Origin: Brevundimonas sp.
Lineage (GTDB): Bacteria; Pseudomonadota; Alphaproteobacteria; Caulobacterales; Caulobacteraceae
Direction of reading: 5' to 3'
NCBI RefSeq assembly: GCF_035935935.1
Contig: NZ_DASYWO010000004.1
Span: 209,787-273,786, forward strand
Length of the DNA: 64,000 bases
Shown: positions 1-9,232 of the stretch, piece by piece
Numbering within the stretch: the first letter of the stretch is position 1
How the letters are laid out: each line of letters begins with the position of its first letter
Notes under the pieces: generated by a model
Database searches by the model: none
Told to the model about the DNA's origin: nothing
The model's input: only the letters and a program-made list of their open reading frames with translations
Translations under genes and position numbers: made by a program

Positions 1-379
1 TGTCGGTGACGGAGCCGCAGCCGGGAAAGTAGGCCGTCATGCGCCGATTGCAGACCACCGCCACCTCCTCGACCAGCCCCGGGCTGACGACGAAGCGCGC
101 GCCGCGGTTCAGGAAGTCGGCCGCCGTGCCCGCGTCGATCACCGAGCCGATGCCGGGGATGACGTCGGGGTCCGTCCCCTGCAGCTCGCGCGCGATCTCG
201 CCGAACAGGTCGACGGCGAAGTCGCCCCGGTTTGTGAACTCCACCACCGGCGCCCCGCCGCGCCCGCACGCGCGGATCACGTGCAGACAGACCTCCGGGT
301 CGGCGTGGTAGAAGACCGGGCACACGCCCTGCGCCTCCAGGGCGGTCAGCACGCTCAGACGGTCGTGGGGCATGGGCAT
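1..379 (-). CDS. KDPG/KHG (Eda-type) aldolase family protein, partial (C-terminus runs off the left edge)
   Basis: My own reverse-strand translation from ATG at 379, with a GGAGA Shine-Dalgarno complement at 381-385. It gives MPMPHDRLSVLTALEAQGVCPVFYH...GIGSVIDAGTAADFLNRGARFVVSPG...PGCGSVTD, matching the GxGxV...GAxFxVSPG...PG pattern of class I Eda aldolases. Absent from the ORF track because no stop lies in the window. Confidence 0.65.
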   Translation of the reverse strand, partial: MPMPHDRLSVLTALEAQGVCPVFYHADPEVCLHVIRACGRGGAPVVEFTNRGDFAVDLFGEIARELQGTDPDVIPGIGSVIDAGTAADFLNRGARFVVSPGLVEEVAVVCNRRMTAYFPGCGSVTD

Positions 380-461
380 CTCCTCAGCCTGACTCGGCCG
401 TGCGGCAGGTTTCGTCAAGGGCGGCTGGAACCGCACGCGTCCCTTCCGCTTTAGTGCTCCA

Positions 462-803
462 ATGCTGGCCCTGATTCCGTCACTTTTGGTTCTGACGCAG
501 GATCCGCCGCCGGCCCCCGCGGCCTCCCCGCCCTCGGATGTGGCCATCTCGGTGAATGCCCGCGCGGACAGCGTGCGCTGGCGGCAGACGGGCTCCGTCA
601 CCGTCCGTGCCTGGAGCGAGCCGTCCGGCGCGGTGATCGAGGAAAACCTGAGCACCGGCCTGCCGCGACCCATCCCGGGCCAGCGCACCTTCCGCAACGT
701 CGGCTGGACGCTCCGCGCCGCCGCATCGCTGACGGGGCCAGGCGCGGCCCCGCCGCCCACCGAAGACGTCCCCTCACAGGAACCCGCCGAACGAAAACGC
801 TGA
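462..803 (+). CDS. hypothetical protein (Pro/Ala-rich)
   Basis: 113-aa ORF with no recognisable motif. Only coding-like composition supports it. Confidence 0.35.
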   Translation: MLALIPSLLVLTQDPPPAPAASPPSDVAISVNARADSVRWRQTGSVTVRAWSEPSGAVIEENLSTGLPRPIPGQRTFRNVGWTLRAAASLTGPGAAPPPTEDVPSQEPAERKR

Positions 804-865
804 CCGTCGCCCTCGCCGCCCTGCTCCTGTCCGCCGGCGCCGCCGCCGCCCAGAACCGCGAGGGC

Positions 866-1333
866 GTGCCGCCGGTCCAGCCGCTGTCCGACGCGACGCC
901 GCAGACGTCGCGCGCGCCGTCGGACCAGCCCGACGTCTTTCTCGACGTGCCCAATCTGAAGGTCGAAGAAATCACGATTGAAGTGGAGAACCTTCAGGCC
1001 GACCTCGCGCTCGACGCCCGTCTGGCCAACCTGCTGCATCTGCGCGCCGGGGCCCAGGTGTCGGTCGACAAGGTGTCCATCCAGATCAAAGGCGTCGAGG
1101 CCTCGGTCCAGCTGGTGGTCCGCCTCGACAACGTCGCCCACATCATCGATCGAACCCTGACGACGATCGACCGCAATCCGGAGATTCTGGAAGGCCTGCT
1201 GGCGACGGTGGACAACACCGTGAACACGGTGGGCGGTGTCGCGAACACCACGCTTCAGCCGGGTGGCGTCGTCGACAACACCGTGAGCACCGTCGGAAAC
1301 GTCGCCGGGCAGGCCACCCAGCCGCGCCGCTGA
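866..1333 (+). CDS. hypothetical protein, probably secreted (true start may lie upstream near 791)
   Basis: 155-aa ORF from GTG at 866. The same frame upstream reads TKTLTVALAALLLSAGAAAAQ, a signal-peptide-like segment, preceded by AGGAA at 778-782. The C-terminal part has repetitive VDNTV(N/S)TVG segments. Confidence 0.5.
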   Translation: MPPVQPLSDATPQTSRAPSDQPDVFLDVPNLKVEEITIEVENLQADLALDARLANLLHLRAGAQVSVDKVSIQIKGVEASVQLVVRLDNVAHIIDRTLTTIDRNPEILEGLLATVDNTVNTVGGVANTTLQPGGVVDNTVSTVGNVAGQATQPRR

Positions 1334-1339
1334 GGCCGA

Positions 1340-2160
1340 TCAGGGTGCGGTCGCCAAATCCGCCACCCGTTGCACCATCGCGCTCCGGGCATCCCTCAGT
1401 GGGTCCAGCACGGTGAAGTGATCGGCGCCCTGCACCACCTCGACCCGCGTCTCCACGCCCCGCCCGCCCCACAGCGCCGCCATGTCGCGCGACTGGCGGA
1501 TGAACTCGGCGCTCTCCTCGCCGCCCACCCAGCAGTCCAGCGTCGTGCCGCCGGGCGCTGAACCGTCCGGCACGGGCCAGTTCGTCACGCTCAGGGCCCG
1601 CGCCTCCATCGCGTCCAGCCCCAGCGCGATGTTCAGCGACGTCGGGATCAGAGGCTCCAGATCGAACACCCCGCTGATCGCCAGCGCCGCCGACGCCCGC
1701 CCTTCCGACAGCATGGCCGCCGCCATGTGGCCTCCGGCGGAGTGGCCGAAGACGACCGGGCGCGCGCCGCTCCTCCGGCGGACCGTCTCCACCGCGTCGC
1801 GCACCTGCATCAGGATGCGCCCCAGGCGCACCGAGGGCGCCAGGTCGTAGGAGGGGATGGCCACGCTGATGCCCCGCGCCACCAGCGCCGGCGCGATCCA
1901 GCTGAACCAGCTGCGGTCCAGCGCCTGCCAGTAGCCGCCGTGCAGGAACACGGCGACCGGCGCTCCTTCGCTCGCCTCGAACAGGTCCATGACCTCGCGC
2001 GCGCCCGGGCCGTATGGAAGCTCGACGGGCCGCGTCGCCCGCGCCGCCTCGGCGTCCGCCTTCCAGCGCAGCATGACCGTCTGGTGGTCGGGCACGCGGG
2101 CGCGGTTGTTGTACTCGGCTTCGAGATCGATCGACTTGCCGCCCGCCGCGCCGTCCGCCA
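1340..2160 (-). CDS. alpha/beta hydrolase (arylformamidase/kynurenine formamidase-like)
   Basis: HGGYW oxyanion motif and GHSAGGH nucleophile elbow. The 391-aa track ORF is trimmed to GTG at 2160 because its N-terminal extension overlaps the Lrp/AsnC gene on the other strand. Confidence 0.75.
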
Positions 2161-2191
2161 CTAGAAGCCTCGCACCAAGGGAACCGCCGCC

Positions 2192-2449
2192 ATGATGACC
2201 GCCATCTTCGTCTTCATCAAATGCGAGCTGGGCCACGCCAACGACGTGGCGGCCGATCTGGTGGACGAGGTCGAGCACGTGTCCGAGGTCTATTCGACTT
2301 CCGGCCAGTACGACCTGCTGGCCAAGTTCAACCTGCCGCGCGAGATGGACATCGGCACCTTCGTGACGAAGTCGGTCCAGACCCGGCCGCACATCCGCGA
2401 CACCTTCACGGTCATCACCTTCTCGCCCTTCCTGCCGTCGAAGGGCTGA
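2192..2449 (+). CDS. Lrp/AsnC ligand-binding-domain small protein
   Basis: 85 aa: MMTAIFVFIKCELGHANDVAADLVDEVEHVSEVYSTSGQYDLLAKF... This is the typical stand-alone AsnC-type (RAM) domain. Confidence 0.8.
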   Translation: MMTAIFVFIKCELGHANDVAADLVDEVEHVSEVYSTSGQYDLLAKFNLPREMDIGTFVTKSVQTRPHIRDTFTVITFSPFLPSKG

Positions 2450-2539
2450 GGCGCGGACGCCACACCCGGCGCGGACTTCGCTCCGGGGGCGGAACGCTCC
2501 GACTCCGACCCGCATTGCACAGGTTGAAGGAGTGTTCCC

Positions 2540-2848
2540 ATGGCCGCTGAAAAGCCCGCCCGTCCGAGTCTGAAAGTCGTCGGAGACGCCGAGATCTACG
2601 ACCTTATGCGCACGCCGGAGACCACGGCGGAGCGCGTGAAGCGCCTGCAGATGGAAGCGCGCGCCCTCGCGCTGGAAGAGGTCGAGGAGCTGGCGCGCAC
2701 GTTGAAGGCCGCCGCCCAGATCGCCGACCGCATCGCCCAGGGCGGCGACGCCTATCCGGTGGGCGCCCGTGAGATGGCCTCGCGCCTGTCCTCCGACCTG
2801 CCGGCAAAGGCGGAAAGCATCCGCGCCATCGCGGCCAAGACCCTCTAG
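2540..2848 (+). CDS. hypothetical protein (helical, Ala/Glu-rich)
   Basis: 102-aa ORF with GAAGGAG at 2526-2532 upstream of the ATG. No recognised family. Confidence 0.55.
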   Translation: MAAEKPARPSLKVVGDAEIYDLMRTPETTAERVKRLQMEARALALEEVEELARTLKAAAQIADRIAQGGDAYPVGAREMASRLSSDLPAKAESIRAIAAKTL

Positions 2849-3492
2849 GCCGGTCGCGGACGGGCCTCGCGCCAGCGCCGCAGCCGCCGCGCCAGCCGGA
2901 ACACCGCCACCGCCAGGGCGACCAGCAGCACCGGGATCAGGATCGGCGCCAGGAAGGCGAGGATCACGGTGAAGAAGCTGAGCACGTCCTCGATCAGGCT
3001 CAGCACCGGATTGCCCAGACCGCCGGTGGTGGCGGTCGACGCCACGCGCGTCCCGCCCTGCGCCGCGTTGAAGGCCAGCGCCGTCGGCGCGCCCACGATG
3101 ACGCCCGCCACCGCCGCCGTGGTCGGGTCGACGCCGGCGAACAGGCCGCCGGCCGCCACCGCCGCCGCCACCGGCCGCGCCACCAGCCCCAGTGAGTGCA
3201 GGGCGTGGTCCACGCCGGGGATCTTGTCGCCGACGAACTCGACCACCGCCGCGACGCCCAGCGCGATGATGGCCGCGTCGGACGTGACCCAGCTCCAGCT
3301 CTCGTTCAACTGCAGACCGAACAGGCTCAGCCGCTCGGCTCCCGCCATCATCAGCAGCGGCAGGAAGGTCCGCAGCCCGGTCGCCGCCGCGAGGCCCAGA
3401 CCCAGCAGGACCGGCAGCACCCAGGTGACGCCCGTCTGGCCCCAGAGCGACGTCAGCGTCTCGCGCGCCGCCTCGATCGAAACCCCGTCCAT
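2845..3492 (-). CDS. DUF4126-family membrane protein
   Basis: 215 aa, polytopic and Gly/Ala-rich, with GLRTFLPLL...EFVGDKIPGVDH as seen in DUF4126 proteins. Confidence 0.7.
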   Translation of the reverse strand: MDGVSIEAARETLTSLWGQTGVTWVLPVLLGLGLAAATGLRTFLPLLMMAGAERLSLFGLQLNESWSWVTSDAAIIALGVAAVVEFVGDKIPGVDHALHSLGLVARPVAAAVAAGGLFAGVDPTTAAVAGVIVGAPTALAFNAAQGGTRVASTATTGGLGNPVLSLIEDVLSFFTVILAFLAPILIPVLLVALAVAVFRLARRLRRWREARPRPA

Positions 3493-3563
3493 GTCGTTCC
3501 TCCGGCCCGCCGCCTGAACGCGCGCGGCTTCATCCTGATCCGGTTCAGCGGTATCGTCGATCC

Positions 3564-4496
3564 ATGCCCGCCGCCCCGCGCGTCCGCGCCGCCGACGTCT
3601 TCAGCCCCGAGGAATGGGCCCCGTTCCAGACGCGCGCCGCCTGGGTCGGGCCGCTGCTGGTCGCGCACTGCTGGGGCGTGATCGCGCTGGCGGCGGCGGT
3701 CGGCGTCGTTTGGCCGATCCTGATCCCCGTCTGCGTCATGGTGATCGGCACGCGGCAGCTGGGGCTGGCCATCCTGATGCACGAGGCGGCCCACGGCGGC
3801 CTGTCGCCGAACGCCCGGCTGAACGCCTTTCTCGGCCACTGGCTGTGCGCCGTGCCGGTGGGCGCGAGCCTTGCCGCCTATCGGCCCTATCATCTGGCCC
3901 ACCACAAGTATGCCCAGCAGGCCGAGGACCCCGACCTGGTCCTGTCCGCGCCCTTTCCGGTCAGTCGCGCGTCCCTGCGCCGCAAGATCATCCGCGACCT
4001 GACCGGCCAGACCTTCTTCAAGCAGCGGGTGCTGTTCGCGCTGAAAGCGTTCCGCACGTCACACGACGCGGACGTGGCCGAGGGTGCGGTGGTCACCGGC
4101 AAGTCGGTGCTTCCCTTTCTCGCCGCGAACGCCGCCTTGTTCGTCGTCATGGCGCTGGCCGGCGTCTGGTGGGCCTGGTTCGTGCTGTGGCTGCTGCCGC
4201 TGGCGACGTGGTTCCCGATGGTGACGCGGCTGAGGAACATCGCCGAGCACGCCTGCGTCGAGGGCTCCTCCACCGACCCCTTCCGCGCCGCGCGCACCAC
4301 CCGCGCCAGCTGGTGGGAACGCGCCTTCATCGCCCCCTACTGGGTCAACTTCCACGCGGAGCACCACCTGTTCATGCACGTCCCCTGCTGGAAGCTGCCG
4401 GCCCTGCACCGCGCCGTCCGCGCGACGGAGCCGGGGAAGCGGATCGAAGTGGCGCCGGGCTATGCGGCGGTCATGCGGGAGGCGACTGCGCGCTGA
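3564..4496 (+). CDS. fatty acid desaturase family protein
   Basis: Three histidine boxes are present: HEAAHG, HLAHHKY and HAEHH. N-terminal TM helices are also present. Confidence 0.85.
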   Translation: MPAAPRVRAADVFSPEEWAPFQTRAAWVGPLLVAHCWGVIALAAAVGVVWPILIPVCVMVIGTRQLGLAILMHEAAHGGLSPNARLNAFLGHWLCAVPVGASLAAYRPYHLAHHKYAQQAEDPDLVLSAPFPVSRASLRRKIIRDLTGQTFFKQRVLFALKAFRTSHDADVAEGAVVTGKSVLPFLAANAALFVVMALAGVWWAWFVLWLLPLATWFPMVTRLRNIAEHACVEGSSTDPFRAARTTRASWWERAFIAPYWVNFHAEHHLFMHVPCWKLPALHRAVRATEPGKRIEVAPGYAAVMREATAR

Positions 4497-4981
4497 TGGA
4501 GGCCGAGTATCGACTTCGAAAAGCCTCATGGCGGGCGGGCGACCGCTCGCGCGAGAACAGTCTCCACCTCCTTTACCTGTCGTGGATGCACTGGGCGGAT
4601 CCGCTGTTTGTCACAGGTTTCGAAGATGACCCCGAGGCTGCACGACTGTGGATTGAAGCGTTCAATCATTTTGGCGGGGAGCACTCGGAGGACGCGGAGT
4701 TTCTCCACGTCGCGGCCTTGATGGCTGATCTCTTTCCTTGGGCGTTGGGCGACGAAGTGGAGTGGGAGGCGAGAGCTGAGCGCATGCGTGTCCGCGCTAT
4801 CGGCTTGGCCCCCGAAGGCTTTGCTCCCGACCGGTTTGAGGGCCGAGGAGAATACGGAATGTATTTCGCTCACCATGCACGTGCATCGGAAGACAGGTCA
4901 GCGGCTCCCCAGAGCTTTCTGGCTCGGCTCAAGTCCGGATGGGCGCGCTACAGCACCCTCCTTAGACTGGGATGGCGCTGA
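4496..4981 (+). CDS. hypothetical protein (ORFan, lower GC)
   Basis: The ATG overlaps the desaturase TGA (ATGA at 4494-4498). 161 aa beginning MEAEYRLRKASW...LYLSWMHWADPLF... It is the only plausible part of the 455-aa track ORF 3614..4981. Visibly AT-richer than the flanks. Confidence 0.45.
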   Translation: MEAEYRLRKASWRAGDRSRENSLHLLYLSWMHWADPLFVTGFEDDPEAARLWIEAFNHFGGEHSEDAEFLHVAALMADLFPWALGDEVEWEARAERMRVRAIGLAPEGFAPDRFEGRGEYGMYFAHHARASEDRSAAPQSFLARLKSGWARYSTLLRLGWR

Positions 4982-5071
4982 AGCGCTTCCAGTCGTCGAA
5001 TGTTGCATGTTGCGCCTCTCGTGCCGCCGCTTCACTGTCCGCCGCGTCAGTTTTCGTGTCGGAGCCACAGC

Positions 5072-7138
5072 ATGACCCTCGGCCGCCGGATCGTCGCCGC
5101 CGCGACCGCCTTCACCCTGATCGCCGCCCCCGCCGTGCAGGCGGGCGAGGGGATGTGGACCTTCGACAACTTCCCCATCGCGCGGGTGAACCAGACGCTG
5201 GGCACCAACATCGACCAGGCGTGGCTGGACCGGGTGCGGCTGTCGTCGGTGAAGTTCGGCGGCTGTTCGGCGGGCGTGGTCTCACCCGAGGGGCTGGTGA
5301 TGACCAACAACCACTGCGTCGCCTCGTGCGTGGCGCAGCTGTCGACGCCCGAGGTCAACTACGCCGCCACCGGCTTCCTGCCGGCCTCTCGCGCAGAGGA
5401 GAAGCGCTGCCCCGGAGCCTCGGCCGAGATCCTGACCGACATCGCCGACGTGACCCGGCGCATGCAGGCCGCCGGCGCCGGTCAGTCGGGCGCCGCCTTC
5501 GTGCGCGCCCGCGACGCCGAGGCCGCCGCCATCGAGGCCGAGGCCTGCGCCGGCAAGACCGACAGCCGCTGCCAGGTGGTGACCCTGTACCGCGGCGGCC
5601 AGTTCAAGCTGTATACCTACAAGCGCTATGCCGACGTGCGTCTGGCCTGGGCGCCGGAAGACCGCGCCGCGACCTTCGGCGGCGACCTGGACAACTTCAA
5701 CTTCCCCCGCTTCGCCATCGATGCGGCCTTCATCCGCCTGTATGAGAACGGCGCCCCGGCCGCGACCCCGATCCACTTCAAATGGAATGCGTCGAAGCCC
5801 GTCGAGGGCCAGCCCATCTTCGTCACCGGCAGCCCCGGCGCGACCCAGCGCCTGCTGACGCAGGACCAGCTCTACACCGTCCGCGACGTCATCCTGCCGA
5901 TGGACCAGCTGATCAGCTCCGAGCTGCGCGGCCGCATGATCCGTTATGGCGAGGAGAGTCCGGATCACGCCTTCCAGGTCATGGATCCGCTGGTGTCGCT
6001 GGAGAACACCTACAAGCGCGGCATCGGCCGCATGCGCGCCCTGATCGACGTCGACTTCATGGCCAAGCGCGCGGCGGACGAGGCCGACTTCCGCGCCCGC
6101 GTGGCCGCCAATCCGGCGCTGGCCGCCGACGTCGGCGATCCGTGGGGCGAACTGGCGGCCATCCAGCCGATCCAGCGCGCGCTCTATCCCTCGTACACGA
6201 TGCTGGAGGCGCGGGCCGGCGGCGGCTCGGTCCTGTTCGGCTATGCCTGGACGCTTGTCCGCGCGGCGCAGGAGCGGGCGAAGCCCTCGGCCGAGCGCCT
6301 GCCGGAATACGTCGACGGCCGCCTGGGCGCCGCCCAGAGCCGCATCACCGCCGAGCGGCCGATCTATGCCGAGCTTGAGGAGATGCAGGTCAGCTGGTGG
6401 CTGTCCAAGACGCGCGAATGGCTGACGGTGGACGATCCGCGCGTGCGCGGCCTGCTGGGCCGTGAGTCGCCCGAAGGTCTGGCGGCCCGCGTCATCGGCG
6501 GCACGAAGCTGGCCGATCCGGCCGTGCGTCGCGCCCTGTGGGACGGCGGGCTGGCGGCGATCGAGGCCTCGGACGACCCCCTGATCCGGTGGGTCCTGTC
6601 GATCCAGGACGAGAGCCGCGCCGCCCGCGCCGAGTGGGAGGAACGCGTGGTCGGCCCGACCGACCGCGCCTCGGAAACCCTGGCCCGCGCCCGCTTCGGC
6701 GCCTATGGCGACAGCGTCTATCCCGACGCCACCGGCACGCTCCGGCTGACCTGGGGCCGGGTCGAGGGCTGGACCTATCAGGGTCAGACCGTGCCGGCCT
6801 TCACCACCTTCGCCGGCCTGTGGGACCGCATGACGGGCGCCGCGCCCTTCGACGTCGCGCCGAAGCTGCTGGCCGCCCGCGACCGCATCCCCGGCGACAC
6901 GGTCATCAACATGGCGGCGTCCACCGACACCATCGGCGGCTCGTCGGGCTCGCCCGCCGTCAACGCCGCCGGCGAGATCATCGGCGCCAATTTCGACTCC
7001 ACCATCCTGACCCAGCGCAACGCCTACGGCTACGACCCGAACGTCAACCGCTCGGTCATCGTCACCACGGGCGCGGTGACGGTGGCGCTCCGCGACGTCT
7101 ACGGGATGGACCACCTGCTGGCCGAGCTGGGGGTCTGA
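5072..7138 (+). CDS. S46 family serine peptidase (DPP7/DPP11-like dipeptidyl peptidase)
   Basis: Signal peptide MTLGRRIVAAATAFTLIAAPAVQA, then GMWTFDNFP, GCSAGVVSPEGLVMTNNHC (catalytic His region) and IGGSSGSP (catalytic Ser). GGAG lies at 5061-5064. Confidence 0.9.
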   Translation: MTLGRRIVAAATAFTLIAAPAVQAGEGMWTFDNFPIARVNQTLGTNIDQAWLDRVRLSSVKFGGCSAGVVSPEGLVMTNNHCVASCVAQLSTPEVNYAATGFLPASRAEEKRCPGASAEILTDIADVTRRMQAAGAGQSGAAFVRARDAEAAAIEAEACAGKTDSRCQVVTLYRGGQFKLYTYKRYADVRLAWAPEDRAATFGGDLDNFNFPRFAIDAAFIRLYENGAPAATPIHFKWNASKPVEGQPIFVTGSPGATQRLLTQDQLYTVRDVILPMDQLISSELRGRMIRYGEESPDHAFQVMDPLVSLENTYKRGIGRMRALIDVDFMAKRAADEADFRARVAANPALAADVGDPWGELAAIQPIQRALYPSYTMLEARAGGGSVLFGYAWTLVRAAQERAKPSAERLPEYVDGRLGAAQSRITAERPIYAELEEMQVSWWLSKTREWLTVDDPRVRGLLGRESPEGLAARVIGGTKLADPAVRRALWDGGLAAIEASDDPLIRWVLSIQDESRAARAEWEERVVGPTDRASETLARARFGAYGDSVYPDATGTLRLTWGRVEGWTYQGQTVPAFTTFAGLWDRMTGAAPFDVAPKLLAARDRIPGDTVINMAASTDTIGGSSGSPAVNAAGEIIGANFDSTILTQRNAYGYDPNVNRSVIVTTGAVTVALRDVYGMDHLLAELGV

Positions 7139-7144
7139 AGGCGA

Positions 7145-7172
7145 GGCAGTAGTGAGTAGGCAGTAGGCAGTA
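7145..7172. repeat. tandem heptamer array (GGCAGTA)x4, second unit GTGAGTA
   Basis: Read directly: ggcagta gtgagta ggcagta ggcagta. It is the exact reverse complement of the array at 7588-7622. Confidence 0.9.
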
Positions 7173-7200
7173 GGGAAGCGGCGGCGCGTCAGACGACGGC

Positions 7201-7575
7201 ATGGATCAGATCAACAGCTATCGCGACTTGAGAGTTTGGCAGCGAGCGATGGACGTGGCACAGGCCGTCTACGAGCTGACGCGCTCGTTTCCGAGAGAAG
7301 AGCAGTTCGGCATGACCGCTCAGGCCAGACGGGCTGCAGCATCCGTTGCCGCCAACATTGCGGAAGGCTACGGGCGCTCATCGAAAGGCTCGTACCTGAA
7401 CTTCCTCAGGATTGCCCAAGGCTCACTCAAGGAGGCGGAGACCCACCTGCTGCTGGGGGTTCGGGTCGGACTCGTGACCGAGACTGCATCGGCACCCATC
7501 CTCACTCAGGCCGACGAACTCGGACGGATGCTGCGGGCACTGATCGTGAAGCTTGAATCCCACGCCTCCGATTGA
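7201..7575 (+). CDS. four-helix-bundle protein (23S rRNA intervening-sequence protein / Avd-fold family)
   Basis: 124 aa: YRDLRVWQRAMDVAQAVYELTRSFPREEQFGMTAQARRAAASVAANIAEGYGR...LRIAQGSLKEAETHL. This is the characteristic signature of the TIGR02436/PF05635 family. Confidence 0.85.
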   Translation: MDQINSYRDLRVWQRAMDVAQAVYELTRSFPREEQFGMTAQARRAAASVAANIAEGYGRSSKGSYLNFLRIAQGSLKEAETHLLLGVRVGLVTETASAPILTQADELGRMLRALIVKLESHASD

Positions 7576-7587
7576 GCCGCTAATCCT

Positions 7588-8260
<673 letters not shown>

Positions 8261-8303
8261 GGCGTCCTCGGGCTGATGACCTGAGATGCCACGCTTCGTC
8301 GGA

Positions 8304-8924
8304 TCAGGCGAGCGGCTGGAACGGCCCCGCGCCCGTCAGCCTGCGCAGCAGTCCTTCGGCGATTCCGAAATGCAGGCCGACCAGTTCCAGTTCACCTGCG
8401 GCCTCCCGCTCGGCGATCCATGGAAAGGTCCGCAGGTTGTCCAGCGACAGCCGCACCACCGCCTCCTCGCTGGCCTGTTCGACCTGATCCTGCGTCACGG
8501 CGTCGGCCACACGCCGCACGGTGGGCTCGCCCTGCGCGATCCATGGCTGCAGGAAGTCGCGGCAGCTGTCCGGCGCGCCCTTGCGCATCGCCGCCACCCC
8601 GCCGCAGTGGGCGTGCCCCATCACCACGATGCGGCGGACCTTCAGCACCTTGACCCCGAACTCCAGCGCCGCCGATACGCCGTGCAGGTCGCCGTCAGGC
8701 GCATAGGGCGGCGCCAGGTTGGCCACATTGCGCACCACGAACAGCTGGCCCGGCGCGGCGTCGAAGATCAGCGCCGGATCGGCCCGGCTGTCGGAGCAGG
8801 CGATGACCAGGGTATGCGGCGTCTGGCCGTCGGCGGCCAGCGCCTCGTATTCAGCCTTCGCCTCCGGCCAGCGGTCCTTGCGGAAACGCCGATAGCCGGC
8901 GAACAGCGGGTCGGCGTCGGTCAT
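8304..8924 (-). CDS. beta-class carbonic anhydrase
   Basis: CSDSR...FVVRNVANL...HAHCGG zinc-ligand pattern. Start set at MTDADPLFAGYRRF (8924), which overlaps the upstream gene stop as ATGA. Confidence 0.9.
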   Translation of the reverse strand: MTDADPLFAGYRRFRKDRWPEAKAEYEALAADGQTPHTLVIACSDSRADPALIFDAAPGQLFVVRNVANLAPPYAPDGDLHGVSAALEFGVKVLKVRRIVVMGHAHCGGVAAMRKGAPDSCRDFLQPWIAQGEPTVRRVADAVTQDQVEQASEEAVVRLSLDNLRTFPWIAEREAAGELELVGLHFGIAEGLLRRLTGAGPFQPLA

Positions 8925-9223
8925 TTCGCGGATTTCCTCGAGGCGATGAACAGCTGCGACGGGCTGGGCGCCTTGTCGTCGCGGTGGACGCAACCGGACC
9001 AGCAGCACGGCCTGCGCTTGCCCTCCTGCATCTCCTCAAGGGTGCGGGCGATGCGGCGCGCGCGCGTCTTAGCCTGCTTCGCGTCCTCGACCCAGCAGAT
9101 GAACTCATTGCGGCCCAGCGGCGTCAGGCCCTGCCACAGCGCCAGAGCGGCGGCGTCGGCGCGGATGGCCGACTTCATGTCGTCCGCCGCCCGATGGACC
9201 GTGCCTTCCGCGAAATCGCTCAT
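8921..9223 (-). CDS. YdeI/OmpD-associated family protein
   Basis: 100 aa with LTPLGRNEFICWVEDAKQAKTRARRIARTLEEM, typical of the YdeI/OmpD-associated C-terminal domain. Confidence 0.6.
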   Translation of the reverse strand: MSDFAEGTVHRAADDMKSAIRADAAALALWQGLTPLGRNEFICWVEDAKQAKTRARRIARTLEEMQEGKRRPCCWSGCVHRDDKAPSPSQLFIASRKSAK

Positions 9224-9232
9224 GCCGTCACC

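Noticed and set aside
3614-4981. 455-aa plus-strand ORF spanning the desaturase region
   Set aside because: Its first ~290 aa are an out-of-frame, Arg/Pro-rich read of the desaturase gene. Only the portion from ATG 4496 onward is retained as a possible gene.
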